In this document: positions 8,566 to 18,626 of the stretch, piece after piece
Numbering within the stretch: the first letter of the stretch is position 1
How the letters are laid out: every line of letters begins with the position of its first letter
Virus record (IMG/VR): IMGVR_UViG_3300031111_000008
Location: 1 to 64,000 of that record
From: a virus
DNA: 64,000 nucleotides
Reading direction: 5' to 3' (one strand)
Translations under genes and position numbers: made by a program
Notes under the pieces: model-generated
The model's input: the letters and a program-made list of their open reading frames with translations, nothing else
What the model was told of the DNA's origin: nothing
Databases searched by the model: none

Positions 8566-10584
8566 ATGAAACGGATGATAACATTCTCTGAAGCGATGAT
8601 GGTCTCGGCGTGCCACGGGATGAATTCCGAGGCATCCGAACTCTGGCAAGGTCTCCAGGGTCTCTGGCTACCCGCTCTGGGGCCGACTGGGGCAAAGCTG
8701 TTTGACGTTTCGGGAAGGGGAAGACATGGTACGTTCACAAACAGTCCAACGTGGGTAATGACAAGCAGGGGGGCGGCGTTAAATTTTGTAGCAGCATCAA
8801 CACAAGACATTGCTCTCCCTTCCACATCGGTGGGAGAGCCGTTGACGATGGCTGGTTGGGTGTGGCGGTCGAACTATGACACCGGAACGCAATGTGTAGT
8901 TTCCGGGCATTCAGGAGCAACTAACTTTCGGGAGCTAGCAACCAGTTCTAATGACGTGCATCTGCACGAGCGGGCTGCGGAGGGTGTCTCAAATACTCAG
9001 TCAGTAGTGAATTGCCTAACTAACGGACAATGGCATTTAATAGCTGGCATTTGGATCAGCGATACTGCTCGGTATGGATACGCAGACGGGAAATTGGTAT
9101 GCAGCAATGTTGCTGATACGAGAAGCGTCAATCCATTCACGGCTGGCTATATTGGGCGGGTAATCACGTATAACCACTACATGGATGGTCGAGTCGGTAG
9201 CGTTGGGATATGGAATCGGGCACTAAGTGTGAACGAGCTTCAGATTCTTTACGAAGCCCCCCTCGCCATCGTCACCCCGCGAGTCAAAGTCTACCCGGCG
9301 GCAGCGGCGGAGGAGGATGAATCCAGCATTTCAACCTCTTCATCCAGTTCTTCGATTTCAACCTCTTCATCCAGTTCTTCGATTTCGACATCGAGTTCGA
9401 GTTCGAGTGTTTCGACCTCGTCGTCGTCGTCGAGTATTTCGACTTCTTCTTCAAGCTCCAGCATTTCAACCTCTTCATCCAGTTCTTCGATTTCGACATC
9501 GAGTTCGAGTTCGAGTGTTTCGACATCGAGTTCGAGTTCGAGTGTTTCGACTTCTTCTTCAAGCTCTAGCATTTCAACCTCTTCATCCAGTTCTTCGATT
9601 TCGACATCGAGTTCGAGTGTTTCGACCTCGTCGTCGTCGTCGAGTATTTCGACTTCTTCTTCAAGCTCCAGCATTTCAACCTCTTCATCCAGTTCTTCGA
9701 TTTCGACATCGAGTTCGAGTGTTTCGACATCGAGTTCGAGTTCGAGTGTTTCGACTTCTTCTTCAAGCTCTAGCATTTCAACCTCTTCATCCAGTTCTTC
9801 GATTTCGACATCGAGTTCGAGTTCGAGTGTTTCGACCTCGTCCCAGTCTCAAGAAAGCAGCGTTTCGACTTCGTCATCTTCTATTTCGACTTCTTCTTCA
9901 AGCTCTAGCATTTCAACCTCTTCATCCAGTTCTTCGATTTCGACATCGAGTTCGAGTGTTTCAACCTCGTCGTCGTCGTCGAGTATTTCGACTTCTTCTT
10001 CAAGCTCCAGCATTTCAACCTCTTCATCCAGTTCTTCGATTTCGACATCGAGTTCGAGTTCGAGTGTTTCGACATCGAGTTCGAGTTCGAGTGTTTCGAC
10101 TTCTTCTTCAAGCTCTAGCATTTCAACCTCTTCATCCAGTTCTTCGATTTCGACATCGAGTTCGAGTGTTTCAACCTCGTCGTCGTCGTCGAGTATCTCG
10201 ACTTCGTCATCATCCTCAAGCATATCTACTTCTAGTTCTTCTTCATCTATTTCTACTTCATCTTCCAGTTCCTCGGTTTCGACATCAAGTTCGTCATCTT
10301 CTGTTTCGACTTCGTCATCCAGTTCTTCGATTTCGACTTCTTCATCGAGTTCGAGTGTTTCGACTTCTAGCAGTTCTAGTAGCGTTTCAACGAGTTCTAG
10401 TAGCCAGTCGGGAGAATCTTCGAGCAGTTCATCCTCCTCTTCCATTTCGACTTCGTCATCCAGCAGTATTTCAGGAGTGATTGACTTTCCAGCCAGTAAG
10501 ACAGTATCGAGCGTTGGAGCAACTTCATCCTCCGTGAGCAGCGTTGGTCCTTCATTATCACAAATATCAGAGGCGGTTCGATGA
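8566..10584 (+). CDS. LamG/concanavalin A-like domain protein with ~380 aa serine-rich C-terminal region
   Basis: DVSGRGRHGT, TMAGWV, GQWHLIAG, YADG, IG, IWNRALS (LamG_3 pattern); then S6-(I/V)-S-T repeats. Confidence 0.9.
   Translation: MKRMITFSEAMMVSACHGMNSEASELWQGLQGLWLPALGPTGAKLFDVSGRGRHGTFTNSPTWVMTSRGAALNFVAASTQDIALPSTSVGEPLTMAGWVWRSNYDTGTQCVVSGHSGATNFRELATSSNDVHLHERAAEGVSNTQSVVNCLTNGQWHLIAGIWISDTARYGYADGKLVCSNVADTRSVNPFTAGYIGRVITYNHYMDGRVGSVGIWNRALSVNELQILYEAPLAIVTPRVKVYPAAAAEEDESSISTSSSSSSISTSSSSSSISTSSSSSSVSTSSSSSSISTSSSSSSISTSSSSSSISTSSSSSSVSTSSSSSSVSTSSSSSSISTSSSSSSISTSSSSVSTSSSSSSISTSSSSSSISTSSSSSSISTSSSSVSTSSSSSSVSTSSSSSSISTSSSSSSISTSSSSSSVSTSSQSQESSVSTSSSSISTSSSSSSISTSSSSSSISTSSSSVSTSSSSSSISTSSSSSSISTSSSSSSISTSSSSSSVSTSSSSSSVSTSSSSSSISTSSSSSSISTSSSSVSTSSSSSSISTSSSSSSISTSSSSSSISTSSSSSSVSTSSSSSSVSTSSSSSSISTSSSSSSVSTSSSSSSVSTSSSSQSGESSSSSSSSSISTSSSSSISGVIDFPASKTVSSVGATSSSVSSVGPSLSQISEAVR
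9322..10470 (+). repeat. coding tandem array for Ser-rich domain (27- and 21-nt units; 35-bp core x8)
   Basis: AGCATTTCAACCTCTTCATCCAGTTCTTCGATTTC exact at 9325, 9460, 9568, 9670, 9772, 9907, 10009, 10117. Confidence 0.95.
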
Positions 10585-10916
10585 GTTTGGTTTACGCATA
10601 CCGGGGACGGAATAAGACAGTAGACATTGTGATTAAGAACGCCGATGGTGATACAATTACCCCCGGTGGAAATGACAAGGTCCGAATTGCAATCGAACGA
10701 GAGGGCGAAGCGGCCAAGTTGGCAGTCACTAGTGGAACACCCACGGCAAATGGGAGTAGCATCACAAAGGGCGCTTCCAGCAGAGTTCGGTTGGACGCTT
10801 CGGACTTGTTGTTTTCGCCAGGAGTCTATACAATGCGGGTGGACTATTTTGACTACGATGATGACGAGGATTGGAAGATGGTAGACAAACAAGTGTTTCA
10901 TTTGGAAGCTGTGTGA
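10581..10916 (+). CDS. hypothetical Ig-like/beta-sandwich virion protein
   Basis: ATGA coupling; PGVYTMRVDY. Confidence 0.7.
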   Translation: MSLVYAYRGRNKTVDIVIKNADGDTITPGGNDKVRIAIEREGEAAKLAVTSGTPTANGSSITKGASSRVRLDASDLLFSPGVYTMRVDYFDYDDDEDWKMVDKQVFHLEAV

Positions 10917-10927
10917 GGGAAGTAGTC

Positions 10928-12034
10928 ATGGGTATTGGATCACCACAAGGCATATTTGCATTTTCGGATTTGTCGGATAACCTACCGCCAATACTTAGGG
11001 CGACGGTGGGTTGTGGCGATTTGTATATCCATTTAGACAGATGTTTCGAGGCCGACGAGAACGCCCCGTGGAGGTATTTCGTTGAGTGCGATGTTGGCGG
11101 AACGGATAGTAACTACTACGGTCGACCCAGATGGAAGTATGCGCCGCAAGCTGGTGATGCAGGGGATCATGATTGGACGATCCATCGGTATTACGACAAT
11201 ACAGAAATACTACCGGCAATTACCAAGACGTTGACAGTTTCGGCTGGAACGTCAACAGCTGCAAGGAAATTGTGTGTGGTCGGTGATTCGACTGGAGAGG
11301 AGCGTAATATCAACGCTGTGATGCGGTTGGATGGCTCAGGGATGACTGTGACCACAGTGGGGGATGTGTCTGATTCGGGAACGGATTCGGAAGGTGGTTC
11401 GCAGAGTTTCGATCACGAAGGCCACTCGGCGTGGACGCTAAACTCGTTCATCGCTAGGACGGATTCACCGTTCGTTTCCGCTCCGAATGTTGTGGATTTT
11501 CCAACGTGGGTGACGGCGAAGGGGTTTGCGGCAGGCGATTTTATGTATTGGGCTCTGGGTATTAACGATGTGGTGTTCCTCACAACGGATGCGGATGTAG
11601 ACGCTGCTATCGCTTCGTGGCATGTTGATCTGGAGAAGTTGATAGGAATGAGTGATTCCCCACCAGCTAGCAGCTTGCGGGGAGCCGAGCCCGGAGCGAT
11701 TGTCTTGATCGATTTGGTCATCCCCCCTGCACCAGAAGAGGCTTGGGATGCAACTGGTCAAAACCAATGGTTCTATCGTCGATCCATTCACAAGTTACGA
11801 AGGATGCTGATCGATACGTACGCAACAGCAGCCTATCGAGCTAAGAATATACACATTCTTGGTAGCAATCTGATGGTTCCCCAGTTGTATGGTTGGGAAA
11901 CAGCGATGGAAGCAATCAGTGATGTCGCTGATCCTCAGATTGAGCGGGTAGACGACCGTATTCATCCGGATCCTGTAGTCTATTACAAGATCGGTGACCA
12001 TATCGCTACATGGGTTCTAGCCCTTGGAGGATAA
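10928..12034 (+). CDS. SGNH/GDSL hydrolase domain protein
   Basis: Blocks GDST, EGHSAWT, LGIND, DRIHP. Confidence 0.85.
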   Translation: MGIGSPQGIFAFSDLSDNLPPILRATVGCGDLYIHLDRCFEADENAPWRYFVECDVGGTDSNYYGRPRWKYAPQAGDAGDHDWTIHRYYDNTEILPAITKTLTVSAGTSTAARKLCVVGDSTGEERNINAVMRLDGSGMTVTTVGDVSDSGTDSEGGSQSFDHEGHSAWTLNSFIARTDSPFVSAPNVVDFPTWVTAKGFAAGDFMYWALGINDVVFLTTDADVDAAIASWHVDLEKLIGMSDSPPASSLRGAEPGAIVLIDLVIPPAPEEAWDATGQNQWFYRRSIHKLRRMLIDTYATAAYRAKNIHILGSNLMVPQLYGWETAMEAISDVADPQIERVDDRIHPDPVVYYKIGDHIATWVLALGG

Positions 12035-12038
12035 GACA

Positions 12039-12806
12039 ATGAAAAAGATTATTCCGTCTCTTCTAGCCCTCGTTGGTATACTAGGGGCTATTACAGTAGT
12101 TAATTTGTTTCCGCCTGTTGAGGAGGCTCACGCCCAACGTCGCCGGATGACCAACCAGTACCCCTCTGGCACCGATCAACACTTCATCGGCGGCATCGAG
12201 CTGGAAGGCTCGAAGGGCATTGCTATCAACTCCAGCGTCTCCACCGCGATGCTCTACGGCAAACAGTTCGCCGATGAATCGGCAATCACGATCATCGACA
12301 ACGACTCATCCGCAAATTTCAAGCTGCACATCAAGGGAAGCACAACCCAGTTCACATGCTCAGACAATATGTGGCTCATCAGTGGTACTGACAAGTCGAT
12401 TGAATTGCGGCCAGGAACGGGCGACCTCGTGTTAGCCGATGGTAGTGCGTATCCATACGACAGCCGCATGAAGTTTGACTTAGTGGAAACACCCGCTACG
12501 GGCAGAATTCTCATCAACGAAGATTCGGAGAAGACTTATACATGCGGTGCTAGTTATGATGCCAAGTGGGGCTACGATGGAAGCAACCTAGTGTTTACAC
12601 TACTCAGTGGAACCGTTGACATACCCGCTCTGGGTCTGCTAGAAAAGTCAGCCGATCCAGCAGAACCCGCTGAAGGTAAGACCGTAATCTGGATGAGCGA
12701 TGGTACTGGCAAAGGTGATGATGGGGATGTACTGATAGCTGGCAGGGTTGGTGGTGCAACTAAATGGACCATTCTATTCGATCATTCCGCTGGTACGAAT
12801 TGGTAG
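12039..12806 (+). CDS. hypothetical protein with signal/TM segment and fibre-like C-terminus
   Basis: GGAGG RBS; MKKIIPSLLALVGILG; beta-rich Gly/Thr sequence. Confidence 0.7.
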   Translation: MKKIIPSLLALVGILGAITVVNLFPPVEEAHAQRRRMTNQYPSGTDQHFIGGIELEGSKGIAINSSVSTAMLYGKQFADESAITIIDNDSSANFKLHIKGSTTQFTCSDNMWLISGTDKSIELRPGTGDLVLADGSAYPYDSRMKFDLVETPATGRILINEDSEKTYTCGASYDAKWGYDGSNLVFTLLSGTVDIPALGLLEKSADPAEPAEGKTVIWMSDGTGKGDDGDVLIAGRVGGATKWTILFDHSAGTNW

Positions 12807-12826
12807 AGCTGAACTAGGATAGCATA

Positions 12827-13507
12827 ATGTCGAAAGAGATTTATCTTCCTGGAACGTTTGGTTTTTCGGCTGTGGTTGCCGAAGTGAAAGACCAGAGCCG
12901 GAATGTCCGCAGTGCTACTCCAGCATTGGTTGATCCGGTATCGTTGGACTTGGCGGGATGGCAAGGCGGACTTGTTACTTGTACGAAGGAAGTGGACGAC
13001 GACGGGGTCGAGACGGGGTGGTATGCCGATTGGACGGATACGGGATTAACAGCGTCGGGGTTGTATTCGATCCGATTTTTCAACACAGCAACGCCTACGC
13101 GGGACGCTTCGGCGGTCGGGACACAGTTCGACCCGACTGAGTATTTGCTAGCGAATCAAGTAACGATGTTGGCGAACCAAGTAACGATGTTAGCAAATCA
13201 AGTAACGATGTTGGCGAACCAAGTGAGCATGGCGGCAACACTGGCTTCAATTGCTAGTGTGGTAGGTGTAGTAGGCGAAGGCGCTGTTGAGACAAATGTG
13301 TACACACAAGATGGTTCTGGCAATCCACTAGACGGTGTTGAGGTATGGATAACAAGCGATTCTGCGGGCAGTGTTCCAGTTGCCGGGCCGTTAGTGTCAG
13401 ATGCAATGGGTCTCACTACGTTCATGCTAGATGCCGGGACATACTACTTGTGGCGTCAGTTGTCGGGGATGAATTTTCAAAATCCTCAGACACTTGTTGT
13501 TGCATAA
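12827..13507 (+). CDS. virion-associated protein with LANQVTM heptad repeats and C-terminal Ig-like domain
   Basis: 21-bp repeat x4 at 13148-13231; GNPLDGVEV...DAMG...LDAGTYY. Confidence 0.75.
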   Translation: MSKEIYLPGTFGFSAVVAEVKDQSRNVRSATPALVDPVSLDLAGWQGGLVTCTKEVDDDGVETGWYADWTDTGLTASGLYSIRFFNTATPTRDASAVGTQFDPTEYLLANQVTMLANQVTMLANQVTMLANQVSMAATLASIASVVGVVGEGAVETNVYTQDGSGNPLDGVEVWITSDSAGSVPVAGPLVSDAMGLTTFMLDAGTYYLWRQLSGMNFQNPQTLVVA

Positions 13508-13555
13508 ACATCGAAAAGAAATTAAACAACTCTACGTATTGGACGGGTTGCTGAT

Positions 13556-14398
13556 ATGGCTGACCACACTTATACAGACGCTACGCCATCGGTGATTCCT
13601 TCGTCTGATGTCAATCACATTGTTGATATAGCGGAGGTTCTCTTAGAGTTGGGTTTATCCGCATCGGATACCGATGAGGAACGGGCTATTGTTTCTGTTG
13701 CTATTGGGCGGGCTGAGGGGGCTGTGAAAAGACATTTGAAGTACGATCCTACCCGGCAATCACGAACGGAATATTATCCACAACTCGATGTGGAGTTTGA
13801 ACCCCGTAGAGTTTATTGGGAAGTTGAGGGAAGCACGGCTTACCAGAGGAGAGTAGCTTATTCAGCAACTTCTGAATTGCAAGTCCAACATTTGCCGATC
13901 CGCAGTATTACAAGTTTAGCCATCGACTACGACGGACGGAGCGATTCCAAGTCGGGAGCTTTTACGGACACGAAGACGGAGGGGACGGATTTCTGGCCGA
14001 ATTACGACGGCTTGGATGGAGATGGGAATAAGATTTGTCGAGATGGAATTATCCGCAGCGAGGGGATTTGGCCGACAACACCAGGAAGTGTAAAACTTGT
14101 CTACACGTCTGGATACAGCGACGACGAACTTCATGGAGAGATTGCGCTAGTAGATGCTTCTCCCATTTGGAGCAGTGTTCTTGCAGAGGCTTGTCGGCGG
14201 GTGAGGAAAGCTTTCATTTGGAAAAAGAAGACTGGTGTAGGATTTTTGTCTGGTCCCATCATTTCGGAGAAGCTTGGGGACTATTCGGTTACGCTTGATT
14301 CTGCGATAGCTGCTCAAATGTTTGGGGGGCTGTGGGATTTGACATCCGAGTCGATGCAGTCTTTGAATGACTTTGTAAACTACTCTTGGAGCCTATAG
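13556..14398 (+). CDS. head-tail connector/adaptor
   Basis: PIRSITSL, VKLVYTSGY, ISEKLGDYSVT typical of gp6/gp15-like adaptors. Confidence 0.75.
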   Translation: MADHTYTDATPSVIPSSDVNHIVDIAEVLLELGLSASDTDEERAIVSVAIGRAEGAVKRHLKYDPTRQSRTEYYPQLDVEFEPRRVYWEVEGSTAYQRRVAYSATSELQVQHLPIRSITSLAIDYDGRSDSKSGAFTDTKTEGTDFWPNYDGLDGDGNKICRDGIIRSEGIWPTTPGSVKLVYTSGYSDDELHGEIALVDASPIWSSVLAEACRRVRKAFIWKKKTGVGFLSGPIISEKLGDYSVTLDSAIAAQMFGGLWDLTSESMQSLNDFVNYSWSL

Positions 14399-14400
14399 GA

Positions 14401-14772
14401 ATGTCGCTCTTAGACAACTTTCCACACCGCTGTACCATCCGCAGTAGAGTTGCTGCGAAGGATGAGCTAGGAGGGATTCAATTCACCTATCTGAATGAGC
14501 AGACTGGTGTTTACTGTTGGGTGCAGAATGCTTCTCATAAAGAAGTTCTGGAGTACGAAAAGCGGGGGATGATCGTAACGAAGAAGGTCTACTTCACCAC
14601 GGATCCCAGTGTTACAGAACGGCACCAAATACTTGTAACCGAAATGAACGGAACCACTATATCGAGCCCCGTCCCGCTAGATGTGATTTCGGAATCTCTC
14701 CCCGACGCCTCGGCTGGATTGGGGGTGGCGTACAAGGTGATGTGTACGGAGAATACGGGAGAGGATGACTGA
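14401..14772 (+). CDS. head closure protein
   Basis: CTI...KDELGG...VYCWVQ...VYF pattern of gp16-like stoppers. Confidence 0.7.
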   Translation: MSLLDNFPHRCTIRSRVAAKDELGGIQFTYLNEQTGVYCWVQNASHKEVLEYEKRGMIVTKKVYFTTDPSVTERHQILVTEMNGTTISSPVPLDVISESLPDASAGLGVAYKVMCTENTGEDD

Positions 14773-15131
14773 TGCGGGTTAAGTGCAGCTCCTTTGAAGA
14801 ATTCGTCGCCAATATCGAGGCAGAGTTGGAGGGAGCAGTCTACCGCAACATAGTGTATATCAACAGGACGGATCAGCCCATAGACGGGACCAGGGAAAAA
14901 GCTGTGAAGTACATGGTTAGCCTGAGCCTCTTTGCAGTCGTGATGGTAGAACCTGATGTTATTGATTCTCCTCAATACATCTTGGAAATGAATCAGGAGT
15001 GCGGTATCGATTACCGAGATTCCACAAAAGAGTTGAACGGAACATCGGCTTTGGAAAAAGTGGGCAAGGACGTGGAAGAGTTTTGTGCCAGGAAGAAGTT
15101 TTCTCTTCGTCCTGGAGTTGTAGACTTTTAG
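14772..15131 (+). CDS. hypothetical protein
   Basis: Coupled ORF. Confidence 0.65.
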   Translation: MRVKCSSFEEFVANIEAELEGAVYRNIVYINRTDQPIDGTREKAVKYMVSLSLFAVVMVEPDVIDSPQYILEMNQECGIDYRDSTKELNGTSALEKVGKDVEEFCARKKFSLRPGVVDF

Positions 15132-15146
15132 CCAAGGGGAAATGAG

Positions 15147-15551
15147 ATGGAAAGAAAAAATTTGGAATCGTCACAAGAAGCTGCTTTGGAAGCGTCTAAG
15201 GCAGCGAAGGAAGCGGAAGCTTCGGGAAAGTGGTTGGTAGCTGTTTTCAAGGCCGAAGGCGAAGAGGTAACCTTGATCAACAGGATTACTTGGGAATTTC
15301 CAATCAGCAAGCTGCTGGTTGCCAGTGAGTTGTTAAGAAACGATTGCCAGCGGGAATTGGAAGCCTGTCCCGTCGCTGCTTTTGGCACACCGTTGCAGAG
15401 AGCAGTTGATATGGCGGTTGGGGATCGATCAGTCTCCGTAGGCAATCACAAAAATCCTTGTGAGCCTGAAAGATTCCTGCCGTATGGTGTTGTGGATACT
15501 GAGGAGTCTTTGCAGCGAGACGATCCCGATGACGAGGAGAGTGGAATATGA
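15147..15551 (+). CDS. hypothetical protein
   Basis: ORF with RBS in operon. Confidence 0.65.
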   Translation: MERKNLESSQEAALEASKAAKEAEASGKWLVAVFKAEGEEVTLINRITWEFPISKLLVASELLRNDCQRELEACPVAAFGTPLQRAVDMAVGDRSVSVGNHKNPCEPERFLPYGVVDTEESLQRDDPDDEESGI

Positions 15552-15916
15552 GAAGATTGTACGATTGGTTGAAATCGTACTTCTCTCTTCGCAGGATGAT
15601 CAGCAAGTGCGATAAGAAGTCGAAGAAGCTCCATAGGGATTTGAATAGGAGAAAGAAATCTCTCGATGTTCTGGAAGGGAATCTGAGAAAACTTTCGAGA
15701 GCTATATCCGAAGACATTCAGAATACCGAAGACCTTCTGACAAATTCGGAACGGAGCTTGGAGGCCGTCCAGAGCAGGTTGGTGATCGCTGAGGATGTTA
15801 CCATTCCTGCTTTGGTACAGTCAAATAAACTTTTGCTGGAAAGATCTTCTGCCGACACTGCCGAGCAGGTACGCAGACAGCTTCCATCCCAGAGACCTAA
15901 GTACTCAGAGGAATAG
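15548..15916 (+). CDS. coiled-coil hypothetical protein
   Basis: ATGA overlap; heptad pattern. Confidence 0.65.
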   Translation: MRRLYDWLKSYFSLRRMISKCDKKSKKLHRDLNRRKKSLDVLEGNLRKLSRAISEDIQNTEDLLTNSERSLEAVQSRLVIAEDVTIPALVQSNKLLLERSSADTAEQVRRQLPSQRPKYSEE

Positions 15917-15918
15917 TC

Positions 15919-17550
15919 ATGAATGCTATAACGAAGGCAGTGCAACGGAGCGCAGGTATTTCTGAAGCCGCAAGAGTAGGATCTTCGGGGAAAAAAGCTG
16001 CCGATTTTGGGGATGCTCTGTCTTCGATTGGTGGCGGGACTACCGTTACCAATATCTCTGATCAGGGGAAGTACCAATATCGGTACAACCTATTTAGAGG
16101 ATGGCTGTATTCTGCCGTCCATGCGTTGGCTTCCAAGGGAGCTGGTCAGGATTTGAATTTGGGAATACTGACGGAAAGCGCCAGTTACGAGGAGGATCGG
16201 GGAAGCCGTTTGAGAAACAAGCAATTTCTGCTCAACAAGATGACTACCCACGCTTCTTCCCGATTGCAAAAGTCTCCCAATTTAGAAGTTGAGGTTTTGG
16301 CAAGGTCTCCCATTCTCGACGCTTTGGAGAAGCCTAACGACATCCAGGATAGGTGGCAGTTTACGTACTTGTTCATTGCCAACCTGGCTCTTACGGGCTG
16401 GTCCTATGTCGTTATCGATACGAGTGATGAGGGCAAGTTGGAATTCTATTCTATTCCAACTACTTGGGTAACTCCTCTACCGGATGACAAAGGTAATCCG
16501 TTTGGAAAATTCAAGATCAAGAACCCAAAGAAAGGAGATGTTGAAGGGCAGGATTTTGACAAGGAGCATGTGGCATTTGCGTATCTGCCCAATCCGAGCG
16601 ATCCTCTCGCTGCCTACGCACCGTCGTCTGCCCAGTTAGCGGCGATTCAGATCGACGACAAGATCCAAACGTCTCAGGATGCTTTCTTCGACAACGGCAT
16701 TTTTCCCAATGCTGTCGTCACTGTGGGTAAGAATCCTCATCCCGACGTGCCTGGAGGGATACGGCCCAGACTGACGGCAGCTCAGCGTAGGCAGGTCCAC
16801 GGCGTTATTGGGCGGATGATGCGGGGGGTGAACAAGTATGGGAATCCGGCCATCGTGGATGGGTACATCGAGAGCGTTACCCCGTTCTCGTTGACTCAGA
16901 ACGAGATGGGGTGGGATAAGTCTGAGGACAAGGTCCGCTCCAGGATTCTGAGTGCCTATGGGGTTCATCCTTACATTCTTGGAGAGCCCGTAGGTGTAGG
17001 TGGGTATGCTCAGGTAGCGGGTATCGAGAGGGTGTTCTGCGACAGGGTGAACACTTATATCAACATGCTGGGCAACGTACTGACGAACAAGCTGGTGAAT
17101 CTGACAGGGGATGGAAACCTGCTGGTCTGGTGGGACAAATGCGAACCACTGGATCCCAACGTCCGAAACTCGATGCTGAAGGAAGCTCGGAAGAATGGAG
17201 ATATCACGAGAGATGAGTATCGAGCTGAATTGGGATTATCTCCAATGAGGGAGGGTTCGGACAGGAGCAAGCTGTTGGAGAATCCCGTGGTTTTCAGTTC
17301 CATGCTGAAAGTGCAGTCGGATCTGGGACTGTTGGATGCTCAGACATTGGCAGAGATTTACCAATTGTATTTGGGGATCACTTCCGAAGAAGCCGCGTCC
17401 GTTACGGGTTCTTCCAGCAAAAGTGTTGAACATCAAATTCTGAAGGCTCTGGGCGAAGTGGCTGCTAGTGTAAAGGAACAGAAGATTCTGTTGGACAAGA
17501 CGGAAGTTGATGAGAATGTTGGCAGAATTTTGGATGGTGTCCACTCATGA
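15919..17550 (+). CDS. portal protein (HK97 family)
   Basis: LEKPN, LALTGWSY, FFDNGIFP, ILSAYGVHP, ITRDEYRAELGLSP. Confidence 0.92.
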   Translation: MNAITKAVQRSAGISEAARVGSSGKKAADFGDALSSIGGGTTVTNISDQGKYQYRYNLFRGWLYSAVHALASKGAGQDLNLGILTESASYEEDRGSRLRNKQFLLNKMTTHASSRLQKSPNLEVEVLARSPILDALEKPNDIQDRWQFTYLFIANLALTGWSYVVIDTSDEGKLEFYSIPTTWVTPLPDDKGNPFGKFKIKNPKKGDVEGQDFDKEHVAFAYLPNPSDPLAAYAPSSAQLAAIQIDDKIQTSQDAFFDNGIFPNAVVTVGKNPHPDVPGGIRPRLTAAQRRQVHGVIGRMMRGVNKYGNPAIVDGYIESVTPFSLTQNEMGWDKSEDKVRSRILSAYGVHPYILGEPVGVGGYAQVAGIERVFCDRVNTYINMLGNVLTNKLVNLTGDGNLLVWWDKCEPLDPNVRNSMLKEARKNGDITRDEYRAELGLSPMREGSDRSKLLENPVVFSSMLKVQSDLGLLDAQTLAEIYQLYLGITSEEAASVTGSSSKSVEHQILKALGEVAASVKEQKILLDKTEVDENVGRILDGVHS

Positions 17551-18626
17551 ATTTGATCGAACTTTCAGTATCCGTCGCGGGGTTGGCGGGCAGCTTCAAA
17601 AAAGAAGTTGCTCGTAGGCGGGATAATTCTCTGCGGAAAGCTATCACGAAGAATCTCTTTGTGAAGCAGTACGAAGAAACTGAAGGAGAGATCGTCGATA
17701 ATCTGGCACCAGTATTCCAGGATCAGATAAAGGATATCCACAAAAGGTTGCTGGAAACGGAGGTAAAGAACTTTGGTCACCAAGCTCACGATTTGGCGTC
17801 TTTGGTATTCGATCCCCAAGAATGGAATGAAAAGGTTATTGATAAAACCCTCCCGATATTGGCGCTGAATATGGTGAGGGCGGGAGTAGCTGCCATTCTT
17901 ACGTTTGGGATCGACGTGCGGAAATCTTCGATTTTCAATACGAAGCAGACTGGATCTGAGTGGTTTGAAGACGAGGCTGGAGACTTCGAGGATTTGACGG
18001 GGACTCTTGGGGGTACATCGGCGGGAACGGCGGCTAATACGGCATTTATGCATAGTGCTCCCCCATGGATGAAAGCGGCTGTGATCCGCGAGTTGCGTAG
18101 CAGCTTCGATCAGGTCTATTGGGAAAGCATCAGTATTACGACACAGGGAGATGCCGAGAAGATTTTGGAGAAAGGTCTGAGCGAGCATTGGTCTATCAGG
18201 AAAATGGCCCAAGAGATGATGGGCTCGTTGGGGGGTAATGATTATGCAAAGATGCGAGCTACCAAGATAGCTCGCACCGAGGCTGGCAATTCGTTGAATG
18301 GGATGAGGAAGGAGTCTTTAGATCATTTGCAAGCTGAGTTGGGCGCAGTTATTCCTATGCAAATTATCTGGTTAAGCATTCTTAGTGACGCGACTAGAGA
18401 TGAACACGCAGCTTTAGATGGTGTACCCGCAGACTCCGAAGGAATGTGGACACTGACGGGCGTGAAGATTCCTTGGCCAGGACATTATACCCTACCCCCT
18501 GAAATGAGGGTGAACTGTATGTGTACAATAGTGAGCGAAATTGGAATGACCGATGAAGAAGCGAGAATACTGATCGACGAACACGAGGCCGCGATAGCCC
18601 AGATAAATGCTGAGGGGGAAGAATGA
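17547..18626 (+). CDS. head morphogenesis protein (Mu F / SPP1 gp7-like)
   Basis: IARTE, W...D.ATRDEHAALDG, NCMC. Confidence 0.88.
   Translation: MNLIELSVSVAGLAGSFKKEVARRRDNSLRKAITKNLFVKQYEETEGEIVDNLAPVFQDQIKDIHKRLLETEVKNFGHQAHDLASLVFDPQEWNEKVIDKTLPILALNMVRAGVAAILTFGIDVRKSSIFNTKQTGSEWFEDEAGDFEDLTGTLGGTSAGTAANTAFMHSAPPWMKAAVIRELRSSFDQVYWESISITTQGDAEKILEKGLSEHWSIRKMAQEMMGSLGGNDYAKMRATKIARTEAGNSLNGMRKESLDHLQAELGAVIPMQIIWLSILSDATRDEHAALDGVPADSEGMWTLTGVKIPWPGHYTLPPEMRVNCMCTIVSEIGMTDEEARILIDEHEAAIAQINAEGEE

Noticed and set aside
9325-10151. 35-bp exact repeats resembling a CRISPR array
   Set aside because: The intervening sequences are themselves repeats, spacing is always a multiple of 3 inside an ORF, and there are no cas genes
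9284-10901. Long alternative-frame and antisense ORFs (Arg-rich 9317-10480; acidic 9291-9776 and 9849-10901) and similar ones at 19841-20095 and 26456-26668
   Set aside because: Shadows of the low-complexity Ser-codon repeat; no RBS or domain, and all real genes are on +
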